Positions 27,693-40,662 of a DNA stretch of 64,000 nt are shown piece after piece; the stretch's first letter is position 1, and every line of letters starts with the position of its first letter. The stretch covers positions 682,001-746,000 of the forward strand of contig NW_026250409.1 in NCBI RefSeq assembly GCF_024521635.1, written 5' to 3'. The notes under the pieces are model-generated. The model was not told where the DNA came from and searched no databases. It was given only the letters and a program-made list of their open reading frames with translations. The stretch is from Tricharina praecox. Its lineage: Eukaryota. The translations under genes and the position numbers were made by a program.

Positions 27693-28232
27693 CTATCTGA
27701 TCTCCTTCAGTCCACCAATGCGATCAATGTCAACCGAATCGAAGCGTTCTTGTGGCCGACTCTGCTGGTATGGCGGGAGGTTGCTCTGGTCCAACGGCCT
27801 GACAAAACCGACGCCGGCTTCGCCAACCTGAACCACGACAACACGTCCGGAGACCCTGCGTCCATCCTTATCCTCCTCTTCAGGGAAGGTGATCCTGATC
27901 TCGGGGACGTTGTCCGGGGACAATGGCATCGGGCTGGAATTGTCCATCAGGTGTTGCTTCTCCGAGAAGATGAAAGTAGAGTCGCGGTTCGTCTGTATCG
28001 TAAGGCGGTTTCCGCGATTGCGGGTAGCCGAATCGTAGGAAGGTAGGGTTCCAGCCTCCTTGCGGGCACGGCGGATGCGGCGGAGAATGAAAAGGGTGCC
28101 ACACATGACCAAGCAGAAGGCTACGAGGACCACGAGGGTAATGAGAAGGTCCCTCATGGTGTTGGAGCTGGGGCCAGAGCCCTCCTGAGCCCTTTCATGG
28201 TGACCATCGCGTTTAGAAATTATAGCGGGCAT
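27693..28232 (-). CDS. Small single-pass membrane protein (179 aa), conserved-looking fungal hypothetical; 5' UTR intron at about 28693-28426
   Basis: TM segment LLITLVVLVAFCLVMCGTLFIL followed by RRIRRARK, then VPEIRITFPEEED, GRVVVV, LPSY and LPPY. U-rich 3' UTR at about 27200-27550. Confidence 0.8.
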   Translation of the reverse strand: MPAIISKRDGHHERAQEGSGPSSNTMRDLLITLVVLVAFCLVMCGTLFILRRIRRARKEAGTLPSYDSATRNRGNRLTIQTNRDSTFIFSEKQHLMDNSSPMPLSPDNVPEIRITFPEEEDKDGRRVSGRVVVVQVGEAGVGFVRPLDQSNLPPYQQSRPQERFDSVDIDRIGGLKEIR

Positions 28233-29219
28233 TGTCGATTATTGTAGTGCGGTAATCGAGTGACGAGGATATTGTAGCACGAGCAGCCGAGACGTAACGC
28301 GAGGACGGTTCGATTTGGCAGGTCGTGAGCAGTGAGCGAGTGTGCGGGGAGAGGGGGGGAGGATTATTATTATGGCGGAAGGTAGTCTTGGGTAACGATC
28401 GTGTGGTGATTAACTACAGTAGTTGCTGGTAGAGGCCATCGGGTCAGCGCGGGGGAACAAAGAGGTAAAATCGAGCCATGAGAACGCGGGAAAATGAGGG
28501 GAGAACAAAAGGTGACGCGGCCAGAGCACCGCCAGCTTGGGTATGATAGTTGGTTGCATGCGTTGTCAGACTGGATGGCATGGTAAAGGGCACGAGGGGG
28601 GAATAGTTGGGTGAATTGTAGGGATGGGCTTTGGGGGGCTTGGGGCGGAACTCGGTTCGGCTAGAAGAGACATGGAGAGTGGGACGAACGTACGTCGACG
28701 ACCAAGACGTAGCTATGATGTATTGACCGAGTTGCGGTGGAGTTTGTAGATCGATCGGCGAGGCAGCGAGCGTGGTGTTGTTTGTGGTTGGCTAGGTTGC
28801 AGAGAGCGACGGGCGTTCAGCTACCAGCGAAAGAGTGAAGCTGATATCTGAGCGTTTTGCAAAGGAGCGAAGGGGGGGTCGGAGGTGAGAAGAGAGATTG
28901 AGGAGGAGGAGGAGGATTGAGGATGTAGGGTGACGGGGGGTGGAGGGAAGAAGAAGAAGAAGTAGAGGGAGCGAGGGAAAAGGGGAACGCCGCATCCCCG
29001 ACCCACGCGAACAGTCGCCCAACTGAGATTCGACCTTCCGTTTGGATGTTTGGTTTGACTAGGCTTTTCTAGGAGATTGGGGGCTTGGCTCAAAAGAGGC
29101 TAGTACGCGACAAACGGGGTGTTGGGCCACTCACAGAAGCCGCCCTCGACGCTGCAGACAAAAGTGATAGCGTGCATGAAGAATTCGTCAGAGAACACTG
29201 CAAAAACAAAGGCCTGAAT

Positions 29220-29371
29220 TTCTACTTGTGGGGCTTAGGTCTGTGATTCTTCACTTCCCTTTGGCGCACATTCTACTTGTGGGGGTGTAGCCCAGTGATC
29301 CTTCGCTTCCTTTTGGTGCACTTTCTGCTTGTGGGGTTTAGCTCAGTAGTTCTTCACTTCCTTTTGGTGCG
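29220..29371. repeat. Degenerate 51-52-bp minisatellite, 3 copies
   Basis: Units begin TTCTRCTTGTGGGG at 29220, 29271 and 29323 and end ..CTTCCYTTTGGYGC. Confidence 0.85.
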
Positions 29372-32300
29372 GCCGCTCTGCTGTAGAGTAAGTGCCACCT
29401 GCTTACTTAAGTATGTAGATCACTTCAAAAGTATTCAGGTACCAAGACATCCTCCAGGTACAATTCCCAGGTGTCTCGTCCGAAGTGATCTAGTGGCTAT
29501 ACCGGTATGTACGATACAAAGGATCGAGCCATATCACTTTCTCTTCTCGTCGGCCATGCCTTCCATGGAATTCCATCTTCTCGGCGCCGACAGCGACAAT
29601 CGTCCATCCCTCCCGCAACACACGAAAGCATGACTTCGCTACGTATACCCGGCGGCATGATTTCTCTCCTGGAGCCGCTGCTCGGTCGATAATAATGCTA
29701 CATACATACCATATACAATGAGCACACCTTCACCATGAGTAAAGTTTTCTTCCGAAGATTAGCCAGAATAACTGCTAATGTTCCCTGTGACAGTCTCTTC
29801 TTCATCAAAAAAAAACCTTCTTGCTCGAGAACCAGGGATGAGTAACCTCCAGGATGAGGAAGCGCGCCAGCTCTAGGACGATTGGCACCAGCTCGGCTTC
29901 CCGAATCCAACGGGGAAGTCTCCTCCTCTCCCTCAAGGCAATCGGCGGCATATGCGGCACTATTGGGATCGGACGGTACCCGTAGAATCTTGACGAGGAT
30001 GGCCGAATCGAAGTCGCCGCTGTGGGAGTTTACATTCGATATGTACATGCGAACAAACTTCCAGGAGGAAGGAAGTAGTAGTTGGCGTGAATTCGGTACA
30101 TGAGGGTGTCCTGATCAATGAGGCGCGCGTCACGATACCTCGGGACGGCTGGTATCGGAAGGCCGAGGGAACCCGTGCAGTAGGAACGAAGGGTCCACAA
30201 TGAACATGTTTTGCTGTTGGCGGTCAAATTCATGGTTATAAACCTCCGAAAAAGTCTCCATCCATAGCGGAGGACCCTATGGCTCGGCCTCAATGCGCAC
30301 GCAGAACGGAATACTCGCCCAGACACTTCACTCTGTCTGAAGCAGGGCACAGCCCCCCCCCCCCCCCCCCCACCCCCCTAACGTGCCCGGCCGTTACTGG
30401 CCACTGATGCACGGTGTCCACGTTGAGACCGAACATGTTCTGGCCCACTATATATCGGAGAGTAACTAATCGTCTCTATATTCCCATCGTCTGTCCATGC
30501 AGTCCGAAATTCAGGGATTGCCTGGTTCTGTCGGCAGGTACAGCAGCAACCCAGTTGTTCGGCGTTCTTAGAGTACATCTCCAAAAGAAATCTACAAGGG
30601 ATTCGACCGGATCGAGGAGTCCAACCGAGGAACTCCTACCCGCAAGCCTGTGAACACTGGACAGGATGTAAATAATGGAAGAGGAGAATAATCGGAGCAA
30701 CCGAGTGTGGATATATGTACTGTAACCACCTCCATACACACGCCAGGAATTCTGTATTCATATGTACGTGAAGTATACTCCGAATTACCTATGTACCTAC
30801 ACGAGAGCACGAACCTGCACCTAGATTCCCGAAATGCATACACGCGTAGGTACATGTGCTTATGACAGCTCCTAGGGAAAGCGCTGCACTACCTATTCGC
30901 TGATGTGACGGGTGGTATGTATAATATGTAGTAAACGCAGACCGAAGCATACAGCCAACAGCCAACAGCCAACAGCCAGCAGCCATTCTTCACACCTCAT
31001 AGTAGACCGAAGAATCAAGGGAGTGCTCACTGCTGTCGTCCGTGTGGTCGACAAGCACGATATATATGGGACTATACACCGTGACTCTCGAGTGGTGTGT
31101 GCGCAAGTAGCTACCAGTTAGCGGCCATTCCCAATCAGTTAACTACCGGGATCCGCCTCATCCGAACCGTCCGTGAAACCACAAGACGACATGACATCGG
31201 TACTTACTTTAAGTAACGTTAATACCACTGAAGAAAGTCAAACCATTTCACACTTTGCACAATATACATAAATCGGTACCTAGAGTATCATACCGACGGG
31301 CACAGTCACCTCCTGACATGAAAGCCTACGATAGCCGTAGCCACCGCACCGCACCGCACCGCACCGCTGGAACCGCACATCCGATCAGACTCCGCCCTAT
31401 GTAACCAGCAGTCCCTGGGCGTGAACTCTACGCGCGAAAGTGAGTGCCAATGCCCTATCAATCGAACAGGTAGGTACTCTACTCTAAATACCGGTAATCG
31501 GTCAATCTCGCCCATCAACGGCTGCCTACATACCTACCTAGCCGACCGTCTTGCGCGCGGCTCGCGGCCACTAACTACTAGTTACCAGTTTGACCACCAC
31601 CTGAGCGCGTCCGTGGCTCGTCACCGAGATCCGACGCCTCGCTTGCTTGCTAGTCTGGCAGGCCAAGCAAGCCCGGGCCGCGTTTATCGGAGCGGCTTCC
31701 TTCTGCGCCAGCTACATACCCAAGTGGTTAAGTCCTCATGTATGCGGCCTTAGTTACCCTTAGTGGCGCCCTACGTACGTAAGGGGCATGCATCATCGCG
31801 TCCATGATCCGACTTGTGGGGGTGGGAATCGAGAGGAGGCGATCGAAGAGTGGGCTATGTACATATCGACATTCGTGGAGGGCAAAAAACGGCCGCTTAG
31901 GTATTTGAAATTTCGCCAGTTTATTCCGTGGTACCGTAGTACCTACCGTAGCAACGGGGAAAACGGTCGTCCGAACTTTCTCCATGTACGAAAATGCCTT
32001 TGTAGGTACATACATCACACAAGAACGAGTAGAGCGTTTTGGAGGAGACGCCCGCCGCCGCTAACCACGAGAGGCCGAGTCGAATAGTTGTGGGCTTTTT
32101 TTGCTCGCGTGATCGGCTGGGGGAAGAACAGCCCAGGCCCATCCCACTGCTCACTGCCCACTGCCCAGTCCTACTGCCCCAGGCTCCTGCCCGGTTATTA
32201 TTAGCAGCAGATGCCTGAAGGCTGAACTTGCAGGCTGATGGGCGTCACGCTGATCGCAAGCCCGAGTGAGAAGCCGAGAAGCAACAACATTCGAGCCAGA

Positions 32301-35300
32301 TGTTGGTGGCTATCTAGTTGGCGCCCGGATTTGCTGGCCTGGCGCCCCGAGCTCGGAGATATGCAACCCTCGGACTCTGGGGTTCGCGGATGATTCCGAT
32401 AGTTGTGTCTCCCATGTTGTCCGACTCAAAGGGAATAGGTAAACTTATGTATGCACCGGATTAGGGAGGGAGGGGACTGCACGCGCACGGCTAGTTAACT
32501 CCCCTGACTGCGCGCAGTGCTGTGGAAGCGTCAGAATTCACAGCAAGATTTGAGCCTTCATCCACTTCCACCTTCCAGGCTGTTGGGTTTGTGGAGCGAA
32601 GCCACCAGCCGTGGGGATTTCCTATGTACGTAGGTATCATAGTGGATACGTGTATCCCCCCCTTTTACGCCTGGCTGCGGCGCAGCTTATCGAGATAGTA
32701 ATTTGTCATGCTAATTCTCCGAAGCTAGATGGCTACTTAGCCCCGCATCCATGTTATCGATATCAGAATCCCTCGATATCGTGGTCAATCAATCACAATC
32801 CTAAGAGCATTGGAGACCGGATGATGCCCATGTAGGGGAAAGTGAGCGGTGCCTACTACCGTGGTAGCTTGAGGAGCACTGCCGATGGGGAAGAATGGGG
32901 TATCTCCCCCCTCCGCCTCCGCCTCCGCCCTAGAGCTACATAGAAGTACTGCTCCGGGAACGCTCTGTCGCTCACCGCATCATCGTCTGCAGGATGATTC
33001 CTGATGAATCAAAAGATCTGTGCATGAGACAAGCTTTGAGTGATCGGCAACACTAGCAGGGGGCGGTAACTAGACGGCAGAGCCGATGGTGCCCGAGGAA
33101 TGTCAATGCCATGACAGCCCGACCGCCATTTAATCATCCCCAACCGGCCCGAGATTGATTACCACAATGTGTCTATGGTGTTTGGACTTTGTGGATAGCC
33201 ATAAAGCCTTCGAAAAACGTATTTCGTCAAGGATCTTGGTGTTGTAAGAGACGCTCGGCTTACTGTCGAGGGAGGCACTTGACAGCGGCGGTATATACCT
33301 GTATCTCTTCTTCTGTGGCATCGAGAGCGCTCCAAGTACTATCGGCATCCGGAACCCAGCTCCCAGCACAGAGGGCCAGCATCAAGGTCATATCGAACCC
33401 GCCATTCCTTGCGAATCCAGGGCTTCTGGCCACTCGCATTTCCGGTTACAACTCCTGTGGGAGACGTTGAGATCACCGCCACAAGGAGTACATAGCAAGA
33501 GAAATAGTGATCCTAAAATCAATCCGTCGACGTTAGAGTGCTCTTAGTTGGCACATGACAGACAGTCGGCGCAGATCCGGCTCCTTTGATACTCTACCAT
33601 ACCACTGTTCAATCGCTATTCTTGCAACTGCCGAGTCCTCAGCTGCCAGGCATCAGCAGGGTTTACTCCAACACTCGCATCCATCAATTTATTGTCGCCT
33701 ACGGCCTATTTAGTCTATGGCGACCACAACCCCGTTTCCATCAAAAAGGCGTGAAGCTAATGGATTACGTCGAAGGTGTACGAGTGAGATCTCGTGACAG
33801 GCTTTGGTCCGAATCCCTCAGATGCGAAGGTGCATTACGAAGATGAAAAGTCCCGCTTCTTTGGTGAATCGTAGGGCAGCCGGTATGAGTAGTCCTAGAT
33901 GCAACAAGGTAGTAGCCACTACGGATCTTGATCCCTCTGATTCTCCTAATATAGTTCTCCCTCCCCAAATTCCAACCGCAAACCGAACTCCGAGCAGACA
34001 GCCAAACAATGAACCCGACGCGAGCGGCGTGCGGACCGGACAGTCCTACATACAAGCTGCACCGGCAAGAAAAGCGGTATATTCTAGTGCTCGAAAAAAT
34101 GGCAGAACCTGCAAGAATCCTGGCCACAGATACCCACCCCTGCATATGCTGGCATCGAAGCACTGCGCAGTCACCAGTGCGAGAGCTCACCCCGTGGACA
34201 AAATCCGTTGCCATTTATACATAACCAAGTAACTCTCAGCTGCCAGAAAACAAGACACATGCAGGCACAAGCGGCGGCGGCATATGACCCCGCAGATCCA
34301 GGCCGCAGCCGCTATCGCTCGGCTAAACACGTTTGGATTTCGCGGATCATAATCGATTGGCTGGGGGAAGCACTCGGGGGTAGTTAGCGGTACATCTCCG
34401 AGCACGTTTCTGCTTCGGACTTCGGACTTTGGTAGATAGATGCGCTCGGAACCGGGACTCGGAAGAAGGCACTATCCGAATTATTTTATCGTTTTTATTT
34501 TCTTCGTCCTTCCATGCGGCGGGTTTCTGATCGTGGCAGTTGGGATATCCTGCTCCCGTCTCCTCTGCTCCCCCCCGACCCCCGTTGGTTTACGCCAAAA
34601 ACTATGAGCATTTTCTAGCTCGTTGGAGCACCCTACTTCCTCTCTCCGCCGCCTGAGCTGATACAGGCAAAAAAAGATGGATACGACGGTAAGGCTGGTA
34701 TGGGCGTACATAAGTACATATATGCCGGCTCCTCCCTCCACCTCGCCTCTCGCCCCCAACTCCTTCTTCGGGTTGCGTGTCATGTGCGGTCTGGCGTCCC
34801 TGTTCTAGCCGATGAAGACGTTCAAAATGACGCCCTGTCCCTGGTCTTATCAGCTCAGGACGGGACTCACCTTTCCGACGTTGCCCCTTTTTCTTCTCCT
34901 TCCTTTCTTTTCCCACTGCGCAGGAGCGGTCCCCATGTCCGCAAGCTCCGATGGTACATACCAAACATAGTGTAGGGAGGTATCCCTCCGCTGCTTCGTC
35001 GGCTTATGTGAGAACGTCAGCCCAGTCCGTTTTCGTTCCAGCCGAATTGTATCTCACCCTGTATGCATCACGCCGAGCGAGATTTCATGAACCAATCCAT
35101 TCGAAAGTGTGAAGATTTGTATTCTACATTCAACTTCTAGCTCCAATATAAAAAGGCACCGAAGGCGCCGCATGTGGATTGAATCCTGAGCGAGTAGCAT
35201 CTACCTTTAGAGAACCTCGTTGGCCATCCAATCGTCCAATGGGAGCAAGGAGTTCCAAGGAGTATATATTCTCGCCCGCCAAAGGGCGCATTAACCTCGA

Positions 35301-36384
35301 ACGTCGTTGCATAGTTGTATATTTGACCACGAAGAACCGGAATAAATCAATGAGGGTATTGTGTATAAAACAGCCTGCGCGCACTAACGCGGTTGGTGCC
35401 GACAGTTGAAGATGATGTGGCGCACGGTTACGCATGAGCATATATATGGGCGCGGTGAGGCACGAGCAACCGACCGCCGCGCGAGCCACGCTGGTTAGCC
35501 GCCATTGGGGTTCTCTCGACAGCTACTGTGGTAATAGCGGGACTCGCTGCTTCCAAGAAATCTTGTTGTGCAGTCTGGCTCACTACCCATTCCGCCTACC
35601 TAGTCGTATATTGCTGAACTTGATAAACACGAGCCCCAGTTTCCGAGTGCTCAAGTCCCGATACGATGATACCAGCACTCGGTACGCGAGCGGGAGCAGC
35701 GTAACCACGGCCACCTCCAACAGCTCCACGATCTTCCTACTTCGGGTCGGCGTTATGACAGATCACAGGTCTCCAGCAGCTTGAACGTTGGCGCTAGCCA
35801 TGAGCATGGAAAAGCCATCAGTGATGATGGAGGAGAGAGAGCTGGATGGGATTTAAGTGAGGACGAAGGGTTGGTTTGGCTGGTGAGAGCGCTCACTTGA
35901 ACATTTTGACGAGTGATGATACCTGTCTGGATACGTAGAAGGCAAGTGATTGTTTGTGAGGGCGCCCGGGTGGGCTCTTAAATGTAGTCAGAGTTGGTAG
36001 GAATAATGGACGCGGGTGACCACAAGAGCCATCGGAGACTACCGCCCAGCGTACCAGGGCATGTGAAGATGTCTATTTGTCACAGCCACTTAACGACTCG
36101 CACCTTTATATATCGCCATGCCTCTCGGGGGAGCGAGAATCTGCAGCATTCTGACATCATGTATGTATTTCGTCTGACAGCTCAACGGGAAGGAGTGTAA
36201 CCTCCATGGCGGCAAATAGGATCACTCGTCTTTACGTACACAACCTCAGACCTTCAAAAATGAGCGAAATATACAAGTGTCATGGTTTAATTCCACTACA
36301 ACTCCCCCCTGTCAGAAGCTCTGGTTGCGATTGAATCGGTGAACTCTCGGCACTCTACCCAAGCCTGACCGCTCGGTACAGTCC

Positions 36385-37130
36385 CTACTCCCTTGGCCGT
36401 GCCACAGGCTGCCACTCCGAAAGCTTGGGCTTCACACTGCACATTGTCAATACATCACGATTGGGCCGTGGGAGCTCTAGGGTGCTCACGTGGAGTATGG
36501 TTTGTATGCGCCGCGGGTCCAGGTGAGGTTGGGAATGTGGTCGGGCTTTTCCCATGGCCTCTTCTGATGCATCATGTTGGGGTCAACGTTCGGAGGCTTG
36601 TCCGTGAGGTAATGAAGCCAGGCGTGCCTGGTTGAAGGTCAGAGCTTAGTCGTAGTAGCTGTCGTGAGGACTTGAAGGGCGCATTACCATCCAGGCTCAA
36701 CGTGCGCACTATCGAAGCTGTTAGCGCACCGGCAGATCATTCCGTGACAGGCCAACTCACGCATCGTAGTCAAATTCCTTGTACTCGACCCATTTGGTTC
36801 GCACTATCAGAGATCAGCTGAGTGGCGCTATTCGACTCGGACGCGGGTACGGACGGGGCAATTCCTCGTTATTGTTCTCGTAGAACTTGTTGCCGAAGCG
36901 ATCGGTGCCGACGAGAGTTCCGGCCTTGGTGTCACCTGAGAGCGGGTGTTAATGCTGCGGAGCTATCACTCGACTTCTGAGCGCAAACCAATTCCCTACG
37001 CCAGTTAGCAAGGAGCAACAGAAACTGTAGCCGCGCCATAATTCGTTGGGGTACCCACGAGCATCTGCCAGAAGGCTTGCTTGGGTCCGATCCGCAAGAA
37101 GTTCTTGATGGTTCGGGTGGGAGTAGACAT
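36385..37130 (-). CDS. NDUFA12: NADH:ubiquinone oxidoreductase subunit NDUFA12 (B17.2); 7 exons including a 7-nt microexon
   Basis: Manual splicing gives MSTPTRTIKNFLRIGPKQAFWQML-GIG-DTKAGTLVGTDRFGNKFYEN..ELPLRTKWVEY..EPGWHAWLHY..PNLTWTRGAYKPYSTVKPKLSEWQPVARPRE*. Largely missed by the ORF track. Confidence 0.92.
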
Positions 37131-37397
37131 GCTGTAACAGTGAGCGGGTGGAGCTCTTGGAGCGCTGAGAGAGGAGCGGTGGAGCTGGTCGTAACGTACG
37201 TGTCTGATGGAGTCGTGGATCGAGTGGGGATGTTTAGTGGCGTCGAAGCAGCTGGCGCGCATCATGCCCGTCCCCCGATATCCGGGTAACACAATGCTGA
37301 GCTAATACCCGGATCTAAGCATGTGCAACGACGACATTGCTAGGTCCGGATAGGCAACCGGAGGTGAATACATTCAACCACTCCGAAACGGCCGCCA

Positions 37398-39188
37398 ATG
37401 ATAGTCACTCGTCTCCGTCCTGCAGTTCTGCGTCTGCCGGCGACTTTGGGTCGGCATGGATGTGTCAATTGCACGAAACGATTCATAGCCTCAGGGCCGC
37501 CTCATTCACCGGCACCAACCGCCGCAGTTCCAGCTGCAATCCTCAGTTCATTGACGAATGAGCTCGATAAGATTGCTCCGAGATTCGAGGTGGATGCAGA
37601 GAGGATCCAGATAATAAGGAGCCCTGCGGATTTCTATGCAGAACTTAAGGTAGACGATGTGTGCGGATTTCATGTGAATGAATGGGCGCTTATCAAAACC
37701 ATAGAAACGGATACTCAAGGCAAAGACACGGATATTCCTGTCCACGTTATATATCGGAAAGACCGAACACGAGCTGGTTAGGTCATCTTAGAGCAACAGA
37801 CGGTGCACGCACATTGACGAATTAGATCGATACCCTACGGCAAGCCCTTCGGTCTCAACCCAGCTTGAAAGTTTCAATTCTTTCGGATGCATTGCGAGGA
37901 ACCCGAGAGACACCAAAAGCCTCATGTGCCTCTCTGCTTGCCCCTCTGGTGGAAGAGTTTGGCGAGGAAAGAGTGTCAATAAGGATGTATCACACGCCGA
38001 ACTTCACCGGCCTCAAGAAGAAGATTGTGCCCAACCGGTTGAACGAGGGATGGGGACTGCAGCACATGAAGCTCTATGGTATCGATGATGAGATCATAAT
38101 GTCGGGGTATGGCATTGGTAGCTGTGGGGTCGAATCGAATCCGAACCGGACTAACACGATGGCGAAGGGCAAACCTTTCTACAGACTACTTCACCAACCG
38201 TCAGGACAGATACCATCTATTCTCCTGTCCACACTTGACCGACTACTTTGAGCGGATACACAATGCTGTCTGCTCCATAAGTTATAGGGTCCTACCAGGG
38301 CCGGAGGAAGTGGGTGGATATGTCTTGGACTGGCCCGAATCAAATCCGGCACCCATCCCAGTCGACGAACCGGAGCGTTTCAAGATAGCGGCCACATCGC
38401 TGCTCGGCCCGTTGATGCTGCCGCCGGCCACAGGCGCAAACACACCCCCGACAGTAGCAAAAACAGTTGTATACCCGGTTGGACAGTTTACACCACTATT
38501 GCATCCGACTGACATCTCCACGGAACATCCGGCGCTGTCAACGGTGCTACGCGTCCTCGGCGAGGAGAAGGGCTCGAAGTGGCTATTGACGGCTGGATAC
38601 TTCAACATCCACCCGCAGCTAAAAGAATTACTTCTAAACTCAAAGTCTATCAAGGGAACTGTTGTGACTGCCGCCCCAGAAGCGAATGGATTCTACGGCA
38701 GTAAGGGAGTCTCGGGCATGCTTCCACCAGCATACACGCTACTCTCCCGTCGCTTTCTGGAAGACGTGATCAAACTCGGCAAGGAGAACAGTATCGAGTT
38801 GCGAGAGTGGAAAAAGGGTGTCCACGGCAAAGACCCCAATGCGTGGACATACCATGCCAAAGGTTCGCACTGTCCCACCCACAGCAACCCGTAAGATACT
38901 AATCAAGTAGGTGTGTGGGTGACAATGCCCAACGAAGATAGCCCCAGCATCACGCTGGTAGGCTCATCCAACTACACGAAAAGATCGTACTCCTTGGATC
39001 TCGAAATGAATGCTTTGGTCGTGACCAAAGACGAGAAACTAAAGAAGCGCCTGGGTGCGGAAACCGATTGGTTGCAAGAGAACACGCAGAAGGTTACTCT
39101 AGAGGACTTCCAGCGCAGCGAAAGACGGGTATCCCTCAAAGTTAGACTCGCACTCTGGCTGGTGGGTGTGCTCGGCGGCCAGTTGTAA
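37398..39188 (+). CDS. PGS1: Phosphatidylglycerophosphate synthase Pgs1 (PLD superfamily), 4 introns
   Basis: RIFLSTLYIG, DALRGTRE, GWGLQHMKLYG.DDEII.SGANLS.DYFTNRQDRY, TAGYFN, WTYHAKG and VGSSNYTKRSYSLDLE. Confidence 0.93.
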
Positions 39189-39578
39189 AGTTAGGTTTTG
39201 TACGATACGATGGCTTTTTTTTGAGCACGGTGGTGGTGATGATCCAAGGAGTGATCGCTGTAAAGTTTTTAAAACGTAGATATACCCGAGACCGCCGCTC
39301 CTATGTATGTCGATGTTGCCAAAGTCTCTAGTTCACTAGAGTGATGTACGCAAAGTGGGCGAGTGAACGCGTAGAAAACGAAATTATGGTCACGTGTCAG
39401 TGGGACTCTGCCAAGACATTGTTGTGTGCGGACTGTGGGGTGTGCGGTGACTGTCTTTCTCCCAAAGCCCCACTGCTGATTTTAGACTACACAATTTCAC
39501 GGGTAGCAACCAACAGAACCACGATAACGACGACGCCTCGACACTCACCAACCGAACAGCACCAGAAACTCCGGCAAA

Positions 39579-40662
39579 ATGGGAAGGCATGTCTACGATC
39601 GCTACGCTACATCGATAAATCGCCGACTAACGGTTTTTTGTTTGCAGAGTTATCCGTAATCAGAGAAAGGGAGCCGGCTCCATCTTCAGTACGTTTCGCA
39701 GCATAAAACTTCGACTTTTTGCGCTTCAGGGTGACTGACTTATGGTTTTTAGCTGCCAACACACGGCTGAGGAAGGCACGTTCATCACCGATCCATTCGC
39801 CACACTACCCATCGAATACTGACGATTCCTCCCTCGACTATAGAACCCGGCCAAGTTCAGAACCCTTGATTACGCCGAGCGTCACGGATACACTCGCGGT
39901 ATCGTCAAGGAGATCATCCACGACACCGGACGTGGAGCTCCCCTCGCCAAGGTTGTCTTCCGCGACCCTTACCGCTTCAAGCTACAGAAGGAGACGTACG
40001 TTTGTCCGAGCTTCACCGATACGTGTTTCGACGGGATGGAAGGTTGACATTGGGTTGTAGCTTCATTGCCAATGAGGGCATGTACACCGGTCAGTTCATC
40101 TACGCCGGAAAGAAGGCCTCGTTGAACATTGGAAACATCCTTCCTCTCGGCTCCATGCCTGAGGGAACCGTTGTCACCAACGTCGAGGAGAAGGCCGGAG
40201 ACCGTGGTGCGCTCGGACGGACATCGGGTAACTACGTCACCATCATTGGCCATGACACCGACACCGGAAAGACCCGTGTCAAGCTCCCCTCTGGTTCCAA
40301 GAAGATCGTTCCCTCCACTGCCCGTGGTATGATCGGAATCGTTGCCGGTGGTGCCCGTACCGACAAGCCCATGCTTAAGGCTTCGCGCGCCATGCACAAG
40401 TACAAGGCCAAGGGTAACAGCTGGCCCAAGACTCGTGGTGTTGCCATGAACCCCGTCGACCATCCCCACGGAGGAGGTAACCACCAGCATATCGGAAAGG
40501 CTTCGACCATTTCGCGTTACGCTGTGCCCGGTCAGAAGGCTGGTCGTAAGTATTCCCATGCCCCAGATTGGTGTGAGGCGGTGGTGCTGATCAACGCTTT
40601 CTATAGTCATTGCTGCTCGTCGGACTGGTTTGCTGCGTGGTACCCAAAAGACCAAGGATTAG
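39579..40662 (+). CDS. RPL2: 60S ribosomal protein uL2 (L2/L8); 6 exons; introns 39587-39647 (GC-AG), 39689-39752, 39776-39843 (GC-AG), 39996-40060, 40546-40606
   Basis: [76 protein letters not shown]. Confidence 0.97.

Noticed and set aside
29220..29371. CRISPR-like array
   Set aside because: Eukaryotic context; whole units are similar, with no unique spacers and no cas genes.
33130..33470. Coding-like fragments (DSTWSALDATEEEIQVYTAAVKCL)
   Set aside because: Multiple stops and no recognisable family; too weak to call a pseudogene.
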